This document shows positions 28,146-37,581 of a DNA stretch of 64,000 nt, in pieces. The notes beneath the pieces are model-generated. The model had not been told where the DNA came from and did no database searches. It saw nothing but the letters and a program-made list of their open reading frames with translations. This DNA is from an uncultured virus (IMG/VR IMGVR_UViG_3300010348_001764). Its lineage: Duplodnaviria; Heunggongvirae; Uroviricota; Caudoviricetes. The stretch lies in the IMG/VR virus record IMGVR_UViG_3300010348_001764. One strand, written 5' to 3'. The stretch's first letter is position 1; every line of letters starts with the position of its first letter. The position numbers were made by a program, and so were the translations under genes.

Positions 28146-28982
28146 ATGAAGCTCCTCCTCGCGATCGCTCTCCTTCTGCTGAGCAGTTTCACGGCAGCTA
28201 AGGACAGCCCTCCGGCTTTCACCGTCTTCACAGGATCGGTGCGTGGTACGTACTACGCCTTCGCTGAGGACATTCGCCGCGCCTGCCCATCCATCCCAAT
28301 CTCCATCGTTGCCACAGACGGCTCCACCGACAACCTCAACCGGTTGGTGCAGCCCAGCAACGGCACGAACCGCATCGGCTTCAGCCAGCTAGACGCGGTT
28401 CAGGGCCTCAGCCCCTCTGAGGCCAGCATCGCGCGCCTGCAAACGGTGCTGCAGATGTACAACGAGGACGTCTCAGTTCTTGTCAACCTCGGCTCCAACA
28501 TCAAGACAATCTCCGACCTGCGCGGTAAGCGCGTGGCTATCGGTCAGCCCGGTTCTGGAGTGTGGTACAGCTCCAGCTACATTCGTCGCCTGCTCAACAT
28601 CGACTGGATCGCGGTTGAGCAGGGCAACGATGAGGCTCTCCTGAGCCTCCTTCTCGGTGAGGTAGACGCCATCTTCCTCATCACAGGCCACCCATCTCGC
28701 CTCCTTAACGACCTACCGAAGTCGGTGGAACGGCGAGTTGGGCTGATCAACCTTAGCACGCTGAGCAGCAGGAGCCACTTTGCCGCCTCAGTCCTACCAG
28801 CAAACACGTACCCGTGGCAGAGCTCGTCGGTAGAGCTCGTCGCCGTCCGCTCAGTTCTCATGGCGGCCAGCGATGTTTCCCCTGCAGCACTCAAGGCGCT
28901 AACAACGTGCATTAAACAAGCAGAGCCAGAGCTGAAGAAATGGGGCCACCCAAAGTGGTCAGAAATCAACCTCGCAAAGTGA
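28146..28982 (+). CDS. TAXI-family TRAP transporter solute-binding protein
   Basis: signal peptide; TGS.RGTYY, TDGSTDN, DLRGKRVAIGQPGSG. Confidence 0.85.
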   Translation: MKLLLAIALLLLSSFTAAKDSPPAFTVFTGSVRGTYYAFAEDIRRACPSIPISIVATDGSTDNLNRLVQPSNGTNRIGFSQLDAVQGLSPSEASIARLQTVLQMYNEDVSVLVNLGSNIKTISDLRGKRVAIGQPGSGVWYSSSYIRRLLNIDWIAVEQGNDEALLSLLLGEVDAIFLITGHPSRLLNDLPKSVERRVGLINLSTLSSRSHFAASVLPANTYPWQSSSVELVAVRSVLMAASDVSPAALKALTTCIKQAEPELKKWGHPKWSEINLAK

Positions 28983-28985
28983 AAC

Positions 28986-29726
28986 ATGGCTCAAACTCCC
29001 AAGACGCGCAAACTTGAAAAGGCAGCTGAGGCGGTGAAGTCCGCTCCTGAGGCCATCGTGCAGTTCCTGCAGGACGTGACCGACAAGCTCACCCTCAGCA
29101 AGATCGCTGCTGTGTTTCTAGCCGGTCTGCTGGCAACCGCTCTCACGCTCATCTACGAGAACCGTACTGCCGTGTTCGACAAGGTGGTGACGTACGCCCG
29201 AGGCCAGACGGAGCAGGCAAACTGGACGCTCACCGACCAGACGAAGACGCAGATGGTCGGCATGGTGAAGGGCTCGCAGTGGATGAACATGGTGTTGGTC
29301 ACCGAGATCGATCTGCAGCAGAACCGCCGCATTCCCAAGTACTGGCACCTCGACAGCCAGTACGAGCAGCTCGTCAACAACAAGGCCTCGATGCTGTTCC
29401 CTCAGCCGGTGTTTGACATGGATGCCAAGAACACGCAGCAGATGATCGGCGTTCTGAACAATGAGTTCGTCTGCACCCGCATTGAGGACACGGTCTTCTA
29501 CCGGCTCTTCCCTGAGCTGCAGAAGGAGATGCCGATGGTGTGCCGCCTGTCCATCCCGCCCTTCTACGGTCGCTTCGTGGGCATCCTGACTGTGGGCCTC
29601 CGCAAGGTGCCGACGAAGGAGGAGCTGGAGCGACTTCGAATTGAGCTCGCCCGGTTCTCGGTCGAGATCTACCTTCGCGACGTCGTCAAGAAGCCTGAGC
29701 CCCTCGTAGTACCTGGACACAACTGA
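28986..29726 (+). CDS. T4 holin-T-like single-TM protein
   Basis: one TM plus C-terminal GAF-like domain (C.LSIPP.YG.FVGILTVG). Confidence 0.5.
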   Translation: MAQTPKTRKLEKAAEAVKSAPEAIVQFLQDVTDKLTLSKIAAVFLAGLLATALTLIYENRTAVFDKVVTYARGQTEQANWTLTDQTKTQMVGMVKGSQWMNMVLVTEIDLQQNRRIPKYWHLDSQYEQLVNNKASMLFPQPVFDMDAKNTQQMIGVLNNEFVCTRIEDTVFYRLFPELQKEMPMVCRLSIPPFYGRFVGILTVGLRKVPTKEELERLRIELARFSVEIYLRDVVKKPEPLVVPGHN

Positions 29727-29727
29727 C

Positions 29728-30372
29728 ATGCTGAACCAACTTCCATGGATCCAGAAGCTCCTGACCTGGATCACCTTCAAGCGGCTCGGCATGGTCACGC
29801 TCGGGGCTCTGGTGTGGATCGTCTCACTCACCATCTTTGAGAACCGCAGCAGCATCTGGGACACGCGCAACGACACCACCCTGCCGCGGCCACTTGAGCA
29901 TGTTCGCCTCAAGGTGAAGGACAAGGTGCAGGTACGCCTGAAGACATTCGTTGATGTGGCCCCGTACATTCATCTGATCACAGTGACCAGCGCCAACATT
30001 CGCCTGAATGAGGCTGATGTGGTGTTCTGGTACTCAGATGATCCAGTTGTCACGTTTGAGCTGAGCGACCGCTTCGCCAAGAACGGCACCACCCGTCCTC
30101 TGTTTGGCACCGATGACAACTACAACGCATCGGTTGTCCGTACCATCAACGGTGAGTTCGTCTGCTACGAGAACAAGGGAGTTCTTGGTCCGTCTCTTGC
30201 ATCTCGGGTTCCATATCTCTGCCGCATCAGCATTCCACCCCACTACGGCCAGTTCACCGGCTTCGTTACGGTTGGCCTGACCGCAAAGCCCACACCTGAG
30301 CAGGCCGAGGATATTCGGCGCACGCTGGCAGACGTTTCAAGCAACGTCTTCTTCGACAACATCAACCGCTGA
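29728..30372 (+). CDS. holin-T-like paralog
   Basis: shares IYEN/IFEN, N.EFVC, CR.SIPP.YG.F.G..TVGL with upstream gene. Confidence 0.5.
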   Translation: MLNQLPWIQKLLTWITFKRLGMVTLGALVWIVSLTIFENRSSIWDTRNDTTLPRPLEHVRLKVKDKVQVRLKTFVDVAPYIHLITVTSANIRLNEADVVFWYSDDPVVTFELSDRFAKNGTTRPLFGTDDNYNASVVRTINGEFVCYENKGVLGPSLASRVPYLCRISIPPHYGQFTGFVTVGLTAKPTPEQAEDIRRTLADVSSNVFFDNINR

Positions 30373-30546
30373 GCACCATGAAAGCAGTACTGTGCCTCAC
30401 GGCCCTGTGCGTGATTGCGATCCTCATCTCGCGGTTTAACAGCTGTCGCCTCTGGCGCGGCCCGTTGAACCGTCGGCAGAGTGACGAGCCGATCACCTTC
30501 AAGGACCGCCGCCGCTCTCGCCGAAGTGTAACCTCCGCCTGAGCCT

Positions 30547-30576
30547 GTGTACATGGGCTGGAAAGTGGTGTACAAT
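30547..30576 (+). promoter_or_regulatory. early-type promoter GTGTAC-N18-TACAAT
   Basis: recurring motif. Confidence 0.7.
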
Positions 30577-30604
30577 GCACCATCAGCCACCCACAGGAGC
30601 ACGC

Positions 30605-30838
30605 ATGGAAACCGCGATCAAGCTGTTCAACCGCCTGAACGAGATCGAGAAGATCAACCTGCGCGGTGCAGGTCCTGACCGCCTGGCCCACCTGGCCTAC
30701 GCCAACTTCCTCTCTGACCTGCCGCTGGAGAACGATGCCGAGCGTCTGGCCATCGTGACCGAGGTGAAGGCCATGTGCGACCTGCAGTTCGCTGCCAAGG
30801 GCTCCAGCACCGAGTTCGGCCAGACCTGGTTCTTCTGA
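30605..30838 (+). CDS. hypothetical protein
   Basis: AGGAG RBS. Confidence 0.65.
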   Translation: METAIKLFNRLNEIEKINLRGAGPDRLAHLAYANFLSDLPLENDAERLAIVTEVKAMCDLQFAAKGSSTEFGQTWFF

Positions 30839-30895
30839 TGAAGTTGCTCCCGGAGTGACGGTAAATAGAGGGTTGCCCTAATCAGGAACCCTCTC

Positions 30896-31966
30896 ATGGC
30901 AAACATCGCAATCGTCGGGGCTGGCCGCGTCGGTCAGGCCTTCTACCGCATCCTTCAGCACATCCCTTCGCTGCGCGACAGCACGACGTGCCTGCTCATC
31001 GACAGCAGCTCTGAGCTGCTTGAGCGCCTCGCCGAGACTGGCGCGCCGGTGAAGCTGGCAGGAAACAAGGACACGATGGAAGCGGTGCTGCGCGAGTTCA
31101 AGCCGCACACCGTCGTCTGCTCCACGCCGTACTACGTGAACGTGCAGGTGGCCGACATCGCTGCCCGTCTCGGTTCCAACTACATCGACTTCACCGAGGA
31201 CAACGCGGTAACGCGCGCCATCGAGCAGCTCAACGTCAGCCGCATCACGTTCGTGCCGCAGACCGGCCTGGCTCCAGGCCTGGTGTCCTACATCGGCCAC
31301 TCCCTCTTTGAGGGACTTGGCGAGCCCTACTCGCTTGACCTTCGAGTTGGTGCGCTGCCGCTCGTGTCCTTTGGACCAGCCCACTACGCCATCACGTGGT
31401 CACCGAACGGCCTCATCAACGAGTACGTCAAGCCAGCCTACCGCAAGGTGGACGGCGACATTGAAGAGGTGGCACCGCTCTCCGACGAGGAGCACCTCGT
31501 CGTCAACGGCGTGCGCTACGAGGGCTTCACCACCGCCGGTGGTGTTGGCAACCTGCTTGCCTACGCCTCCATTCCAAACGTCGAGTACAAGACGCTGCGC
31601 TACCCTGGTCACCTGGAGTACATCCAGAAGCTGCTCAACTCGGTGGCTGAAGCCGAGGACCCACAGCAGGCCGCCGTGGAGCTGGCGATGCAGAGCTTCC
31701 AGGCCACGCGCAACGACGTGGTGGTGCTGGTTGCCCATGCCTCCGACCGCCATGGACACTCGGCTTCGGCAGGCATCCACTTCTACCCTAGCGAGGCGAT
31801 CGGCCTGACGGCTCTCGAGCTGACGACGGCAGGCACTGGCGTCGCGGTGCTGGAGCTGCTGCTCTCAGAGCAGCTCCCGAAGGGCACTCTCGCCTCCCAC
31901 CAGGTTCCTTTCAAGCTCCTGCGCAGCACCGCGGCTGGGCGGCTTGTGATGTCCCACGGGCGCTGA
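30896..31966 (+). CDS. saccharopine dehydrogenase family oxidoreductase
   Basis: GAGRVG Rossmann motif, GLAPG, TWSPNGLINEY, YKTLRYPGH. Confidence 0.88.
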   Translation: MANIAIVGAGRVGQAFYRILQHIPSLRDSTTCLLIDSSSELLERLAETGAPVKLAGNKDTMEAVLREFKPHTVVCSTPYYVNVQVADIAARLGSNYIDFTEDNAVTRAIEQLNVSRITFVPQTGLAPGLVSYIGHSLFEGLGEPYSLDLRVGALPLVSFGPAHYAITWSPNGLINEYVKPAYRKVDGDIEEVAPLSDEEHLVVNGVRYEGFTTAGGVGNLLAYASIPNVEYKTLRYPGHLEYIQKLLNSVAEAEDPQQAAVELAMQSFQATRNDVVVLVAHASDRHGHSASAGIHFYPSEAIGLTALELTTAGTGVAVLELLLSEQLPKGTLASHQVPFKLLRSTAAGRLVMSHGR

Positions 31967-32018
31967 GGCCCTGTAAATAGAAGGTCGACAGCTTGTCGGC
32001 ACTTGAAAGGAGACCTCC

Positions 32019-32129
32019 ATGTTTGAATTCATCTGTGGCATCGCCGTTGGTGCAGCCTTCTCACCGTTCTGGATGATGGTGTGGGGCTACCTGAAGGACC
32101 AAGTCACGTCGCGCCTCGGCAAGAAGTGA
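32019..32129 (+). CDS. 36-aa membrane peptide
   Basis: late promoter 31974, AAGGAG RBS. Confidence 0.6.
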   Translation: MFEFICGIAVGAAFSPFWMMVWGYLKDQVTSRLGKK

Positions 32130-32281
32130 TGGACGTCACGTTCGACATCATCAACGGAATGTCCTTCGGGCTGGAGTACGTCTCCGCGGCCCCAGAGGTT
32201 GACGTCCCGCACCCATGCGTCATCGTCGACTTCGCTTGCTTCCGTTGGATCATCGAACTCACCGGCGACGGTACTCACTAG
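32129..32281 (+). CDS. small hypothetical protein
   Basis: TGATG coupling. Confidence 0.5.
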   Translation: MDVTFDIINGMSFGLEYVSAAPEVDVPHPCVIVDFACFRWIIELTGDGTH

Positions 32282-32304
32282 AACAGAACAACGCACACGC
32301 AGAG

Positions 32305-32345
32305 ACGGGGTTCTGTTACATGAGTGGCAGAACCCCGTTCTTGTT
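32305..32345 (+). terminator. intrinsic terminator
   Basis: ACGGGGTTCTG..CAGAACCCCGT then TCTTGTT. Confidence 0.6.
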
Positions 32346-32386
32346 ACAGGTTGTCAGTGTACGGCAACCTCAACCTGATGTATAAT
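32343..32386 (+). promoter_or_regulatory. early-type promoter GTTACA-N8-GTGTAC-N18-TATAAT
   Basis: recurring motif. Confidence 0.75.
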
Positions 32387-32392
32387 TGCACC

Positions 32393-32848
32393 ATGCATGA
32401 AAAGGATGATGACGGTTACGAGAAACGCCCGCGCGCTGGCCTGATCCCCTACCTGAGGGGAGAGGACGGTGTGCTCCGCTACCTCATGATGGTCAGCTCG
32501 GACCCGAAGTTTGGTGGTCCGCGGCCGATGATCAGCAAGGGCAAGATCGAGGACGGTGAAACGCCGCTCGAGTGCGCCCTTCGCGAGGCAGAGGAGGAGC
32601 TCGGCTTCAAGCGCGACAACGTTCGTGGCCCGATCATCGACGTGTATCACGGTCGCGTGGAGCTCTTCTCGGGCGCCTACGACCTGACGGTGTACGGCCA
32701 GGAAATCCTGGACCGATACGACTTCGACAAATGGTGTGACGAGACCGAGTTCACCACCTGGATGACCCTGGAAAGCTTCAGGGCGAAAGGACGAAAGGAC
32801 CACGTTAAGTTCGTGGAGGAGCTGGAAAGAAAGGTAGAACAACTATGA
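32393..32848 (+). CDS. NUDIX hydrolase
   Basis: Nudix box GKIEDGETPLECALREAEEELG. Confidence 0.9.
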   Translation: MHEKDDDGYEKRPRAGLIPYLRGEDGVLRYLMMVSSDPKFGGPRPMISKGKIEDGETPLECALREAEEELGFKRDNVRGPIIDVYHGRVELFSGAYDLTVYGQEILDRYDFDKWCDETEFTTWMTLESFRAKGRKDHVKFVEELERKVEQL

Positions 32849-33432
32849 GCCGCATTCTCAAGCTAGACGTTGGCGGAGCCCCCGCCGAGTGGATCAGTCA
32901 CCAAGACGCCATCGTGTACCACGCCAAGGGCCTGGTTGCATGGCAGCTCGGTGAGGGCGAGAACGATGTCCTGTTCCGTGGTGGTGAGAACCGCCTGACG
33001 GGTACGCAGTCGCGCATCATCACCGCTCCGATCATCGCCGTCAAGGGTGAAGGCTACGCGGCCAAGCGGCTGCACCGTCCCCCAAGCCTGACGAACCGCG
33101 ACCTGTTCCGCCGCGACCACATGATGTGCGCGTACTGTGGTGACATCTTCAAGGAAGCTCACCTCACGCGCGACCACGTCATCCCCCGCTCAAAGGGCGG
33201 CCCGGACAAGTGGACGAACGTGGTTACGGCCTGCGAGGACTGCAACCACCGCAAGGACGACCAGCTGCTCGAGGACTGCGGCATGCAGCTCCTGTACGTG
33301 CCGTACGCACCGAACCTGGCTGAGGCCCTGATCCTGGAGAACCGCAACGTCCTCCAGTGCCAGATGGAGTACCTCAAGTCGTTTCTGCCGGAGCACAGCC
33401 GGGTGTGGAAGCACCTGGAGACGGCTCAGTAG
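32845..33432 (+). CDS. HNH endonuclease (McrA-like)
   Basis: RDHMMCAYC..TRDHVIPRSKGG..WTNVVTACEDCN. Confidence 0.9.
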   Translation: MSRILKLDVGGAPAEWISHQDAIVYHAKGLVAWQLGEGENDVLFRGGENRLTGTQSRIITAPIIAVKGEGYAAKRLHRPPSLTNRDLFRRDHMMCAYCGDIFKEAHLTRDHVIPRSKGGPDKWTNVVTACEDCNHRKDDQLLEDCGMQLLYVPYAPNLAEALILENRNVLQCQMEYLKSFLPEHSRVWKHLETAQ

Positions 33433-33450
33433 AGCGCCTGAGCTCAGAGC

Positions 33451-33472
33451 AAGGGGACCTTCGGGTCCCCTT
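33451..33472 (+). terminator. cUUCGg hairpin
   Basis: AAGGGGACC-TTCG-GGTCCCCTT. Confidence 0.7.
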
Positions 33473-33487
33473 CGTCGTAAATAGGAC

Positions 33488-34624
33488 ATGAGCTTCCCCA
33501 CCCTCAAACACCTCCTCGAGGCCGCCGGCGCAACAGCTGCCGGCGCGAAAGTCATTCACAAGTACCTCGAAGACGAGATTGACTACGTCCCTGACCGGTT
33601 CATGGACGCCTTCGTCAACAACGGTCAGCACCTGCTCTCACACGGCACACCGGGCTTCTCCATCACGTCAGTGCAGCCCCATGGCGACGCGTACGTCGTT
33701 GCCATGAGCTTCTACGGTGTAGACCTCGACGACTTCAGCCCAGGTGACAGCTCCGAGGTTGGTGAGATTACCGGTGAGGAAGCCACCGAAGTGGTCGTCA
33801 CGTTCACGCTGCCTGCGACCATCCTCCCTGAGATCGCGACTGCCGAGATGGCAGACGATGACGCCAAGGACGACCTGCTTGGCAAGGTGTTCGACGAGAT
33901 GGGCGGTGTCATCTATCGCATCACCGAGCGGTTCAACCAGACGCGCGCCTGGCAGGAAGGCGGCTGGGAACCCGAGGACGACTACATCGAGGACGATGAT
34001 CAGCTCGACGAGATCATGCGCTCCAAGAACGGCGAGCGTCACACGGCCCACTTCGATCGTGAGGAAACAGGCCTGAACTACCGCAAGTGGGCTCAGCCTG
34101 GTTCTACGTACGACAACTCGAAGCGCACCTACAAGCGCAGCGGCATCACGATGGGACCAGTCGGCGACTGGCTCGATGCCATGGAGGTTGAGCCAAAGCG
34201 CGACATCCCGAAGGCCATGGAAATTGCGCGCCGCTCTGAGGAGTACAAGAAGCTGATGAGCCTCGGCTTTGAGGACGTCACCAACAAGCGCGAGGCCACC
34301 AACGGCACCTTCGGCTTTCGTGGCATCAAGGGGCACATGATCGGCGACGTGGAACCTGAGCTGAACAGAGATAAGCCTGGTGATCCACGTGCAGTCAACC
34401 GCCGCGTCCTAGCCAATGGCCGCATCACGGGCCTGAGTGATGACACCCGCACGTACGGCTGGCGCGCCAAGTCGCCAGCCCCAGCAACCGCCGAGACCGA
34501 GCCAGATCTCTCGCCTGTCGAGCGGCTGGTAAGCAACTACACCCGCGCCTTCGCGCAGCTCTACAAGGTTCAAGAGCCGATCTTCACCAAGGCCTTCAAG
34601 GCGCGCTTCGGCAAGAGGGGCTAA
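33488..34624 (+). CDS. hypothetical late protein with acidic N-terminal half
   Basis: late promoter 33478. Confidence 0.7.
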   Translation: MSFPTLKHLLEAAGATAAGAKVIHKYLEDEIDYVPDRFMDAFVNNGQHLLSHGTPGFSITSVQPHGDAYVVAMSFYGVDLDDFSPGDSSEVGEITGEEATEVVVTFTLPATILPEIATAEMADDDAKDDLLGKVFDEMGGVIYRITERFNQTRAWQEGGWEPEDDYIEDDDQLDEIMRSKNGERHTAHFDREETGLNYRKWAQPGSTYDNSKRTYKRSGITMGPVGDWLDAMEVEPKRDIPKAMEIARRSEEYKKLMSLGFEDVTNKREATNGTFGFRGIKGHMIGDVEPELNRDKPGDPRAVNRRVLANGRITGLSDDTRTYGWRAKSPAPATAETEPDLSPVERLVSNYTRAFAQLYKVQEPIFTKAFKARFGKRG

Positions 34625-34683
34625 CCTGCCTGTGGGCTAACACAGCAGGGCTCACGCAGTGTAGAATAGACCACAGAGGAGAG

Positions 34684-35211
34684 ATGCCCATGTCGATGCA
34701 GGAACGGATCGCCCAGACCGTAGAGCGCAACCGAGCCATCTGGGCCGCGCTGTACTCCGTTCTCGTGATCTACACGCTGATTGACCAGCCACTCTGGGTG
34801 CTGGCCCCAATCGGGCTCTTCGGCTTCGTCTCCTACTACGCGATGCTCTTCTTCACCGCGCTCTGGATGGAGCTGCTGCACAGCACGCAGGTTGACCCAC
34901 AGGAGCAGCTCAATGCGCTGACCGAGCTCAACCGTCGCCTCGCAGCCGGCGAGAGCGGTGCCGAGATCGAGCGGTTGAAGAAGCTGGCTGGCGTAGATGA
35001 GGAGCAGACCGTAAGGGTATCGGACACCGTGATCGGTCGCTACTACGACAAGGACATCTACGAGTGGGTGGACCTTACCAAGAACGGCGTGACCACCCGC
35101 TTTCTCTTCCATGACGTCGCGCCGCGCGACCAGGCCGGAAACTTCCTCATGCCTCGCGATGGTCAGACGTACCTGCACATCAGCGGCGTCAACTACAAGG
35201 AAATGACATGA
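34684..35211 (+). CDS. membrane protein (2 TM)
   Basis: GAGGAG RBS; hydrophobic segments. Confidence 0.65.
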   Translation: MPMSMQERIAQTVERNRAIWAALYSVLVIYTLIDQPLWVLAPIGLFGFVSYYAMLFFTALWMELLHSTQVDPQEQLNALTELNRRLAAGESGAEIERLKKLAGVDEEQTVRVSDTVIGRYYDKDIYEWVDLTKNGVTTRFLFHDVAPRDQAGNFLMPRDGQTYLHISGVNYKEMT

Positions 35212-35531
35212 AGCTTGACGAAGTCAAGCAGCCAAAGGCGTCTCGCAGCGGGCTGAACACCGCGCTCAAGTCGTTCTACGAGCTGCAGGGGTGGGACCCT
35301 TCGACCATTCGAATCACGACTGAAAGCTACTACGAGGAGAACCCGAAGTACCCGACCCCGAAGGGCCAGCCGTGGAAGGATCCAATCCGGGTCCCTCACT
35401 GGTTCTTCTCGATCCCTGACAAGTCCAAGCGCCCTCTTCTGACGAAGTACCTCCAGGGACTGGGCTTTCGCTGCGACCTTGGGTACAGCAAGGGCACCGC
35501 CCAAATGGAAGCTTCCGTAGCTCCAACCTGA
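35208..35531 (+). CDS. hypothetical protein (MKLDEV)
   Basis: coupled ORF. Confidence 0.6.
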   Translation: MKLDEVKQPKASRSGLNTALKSFYELQGWDPSTIRITTESYYEENPKYPTPKGQPWKDPIRVPHWFFSIPDKSKRPLLTKYLQGLGFRCDLGYSKGTAQMEASVAPT

Positions 35532-35562
35532 ATTTCTGTGTGTCCTTCGCACACCGGTCGTA

Positions 35563-35568
35563 TATAAT
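35563..35568 (+). promoter_or_regulatory. -10 box TATAAT for ncRNA-Ro60 unit
   Basis: GTATATAAT, same context as 22219-27. Confidence 0.65.
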
Positions 35569-35599
35569 AGCACATGCGTTGGAGCAATTCAGCGTATGA

Positions 35600-35750
35600 C
35601 GATTGGACCCAACCGATCGGCAACGGTTATCCTACGGATGCCGTGCCTCTAGAGGACGAGCACTCTCCTCTATGCATGCAAACAGAAGGCAAGGGCTGGC
35701 AATCCCTACCATTTCCGTTCCTCTCTTTGTTGGCCCATTCTACCCAATCG
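35600..35750 (+). ncRNA. Y-RNA (Yrl)-like RNA C
   Basis: CGATTGG/CCAATCG ends; CCAA-CCGA..AACGG-TTATC..ATTT-CCGTT..TTG-TTGG; upstream of Ro60. Confidence 0.6.
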
Positions 35751-35757
35751 AAATTCT

Positions 35758-36049
35758 TCTACACAGCACGCGGACCGCTTGGAGTTGGTTATCTACTCAA
35801 AGTGACCGTAAGGATCTGAGCTACCTACGCAAGTTGAAAGACAAGCCGGGCCAGTTCAGGGTACGCCGCCAAAACCCTACGAGCGGATAGGTGCGTCATC
35901 GCCGAAAATGATGGACGTTGGTGGGTCGAATACCACATGAGCGATCGGCCGCGAACTAACGCCGATGTAGGTCGTAGGTACAAGCCCGCAAGGGATTACC
36001 GCAGACCGAAATTTCCGACACCGCAATTTCGTCAGCGTGCTGCTGTAGA
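35758..36049 (+). ncRNA. large (about 290 nt) Y-RNA-like RNA D
   Basis: TCTACA-CAGCACGC/GCGTGCTG-c-TGTAGA closing stem; GTTGG-TTATC..ATTT-CCGAC; GNRA hairpins; T-arm-like GTGG-GTCGAATA-CCAC. Confidence 0.6.
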
Positions 36050-36094
36050 TCAACTTGCTGTCACCCACAGCCGAACTCATAGGAGAACCACACC

Positions 36095-37581
36095 ATGTCC
36101 AAGACGTACATCGACTTCGCTGCCGCTGAGAAGGTCCTGAAGGCCGCCACGCCGCAGTCACAGGCCATCCCGGGTCGTGAGACCGAGATGAAGCGCAACA
36201 ACGCTGGTGGCGTGACCTTCACGCTCGACCAGTGGGGCGTCCTGGACCGGTTCCTCGTGATCGGCTCGGAAGGTGGCAACTACTACGTTGGTGAGCGCGA
36301 CGTCACCAAGCAGTCGTTCGACGTGGTGAAGAAGTGCGTGGCGGCCGACGGCCTGCGCACCGTTGCCCGCGCTGTCGAGTACTCGACGGCTGGTCGTGCC
36401 CCGAAGAACGACCCGGCAGTTGTCGTGCTGGCCCTCGCGGCCGTGTACGGTGACGAGAAGACCAAGGAAGCCGCCTTCGAGGCGCTGCCGAAGGTCGCCC
36501 GCACGGGTACGTGGCTGTTCATGTTCGTCGCCATCGTCGACAGCCTCGGCAAGTGGAACGCCGCTACCAAGCGCGGCGTTGCAAAGTGGTACACGTCCAA
36601 GACCGTGGACCGCCTGGCCGTCCAGCTGCTGAAGTACCAGTCGCGCAACGGCTGGGCACACCGCGACGTCCTGCGCCTGGCGCACGTGAAGCCGTCGAGC
36701 GAAGTGCAGTCAAACCTCTTCCGCTACGCGGTCAAGGGCTCCGACGGCATGGAGCTGGGCATGAACGTGCCGCAGCTGGTGGTCGACTTCGAGATGCTGA
36801 AGCGCACGGACCGCAAGGCCGATGTGCTGCGCCTCATCGCGTCGAACAAGGACCTGACGTGGGAAATGGTGCCAACGCAGTGGCACAAGGACAACGACGT
36901 CATGATGGCTCTGCTCCCGGGCATGGGTCTGACGGCGCTGATCCGCAAGCTCGCGCTGTTCTCGCAGAACGGCCTGATCGCCCCGCTGTCGGAAGCTACC
37001 AAGCTGATCGTGGCGAAGCTGTCGGACGCTGAGGCCCTCAAGGCCCAGCGCGTCCACCCGGTCACGCTGCTGAACGCCCAGAAGGTGTTCGCTGCGGGTC
37101 GCCTGCTGAAGCTCCGCCCGGGCCAGGACCAGAAGACGTGGAAGGTCGAGCAGCGCATCGTCGATGCGCTCAACGACGCGTTCTACGCTTCGTTCGGCAA
37201 CGTCGACAAGACGGGTGAGAGCTACCTGCTCGGTGTCGACTGCTCTGGCTCGATGTTCGGTGCAGGTACGGTTGTCGGTCTCGATGCGCTTGTCGCAGCC
37301 GAGGTCGCTGGCGTCATGGCCCTGGCCATCGCCAAGCACCAGCCGAACTACTGGATCGGTGGCTTCAACACGCGCATGAGCGAGCTGAAGATCAGCCCGA
37401 ACATGCGTCTCGAGCAGGCGCTGAAGGTCATTCGTGACTTCAGCTGGGGCGGCACGGACTGCGCTCTGCCGATGCTGCACGCAGCTCAGCACAAGATGCA
37501 GGTGGACAAGTTCGTGACCATCACGGACAACGAGACCTGGGCTGGTTCCATCCAGCCGGTGCAGGCGCTGAAGAAGTACCG
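36095..37581 (+). CDS. rsr: Ro60/TROVE-domain RNA-binding protein (Rsr-like), 3' end in gap
   Basis: NNAGG..LDRFLVIGSEGG, KYQSRNGWAHRDVLRLAH, vWA DCSGSM, GGTDCALPM, TDNETW. Confidence 0.95.

Noticed and set aside
35574..36140. Short ORFs upstream of Ro60
   Set aside because: No RBS or codon bias; region is better explained by structured RNA.
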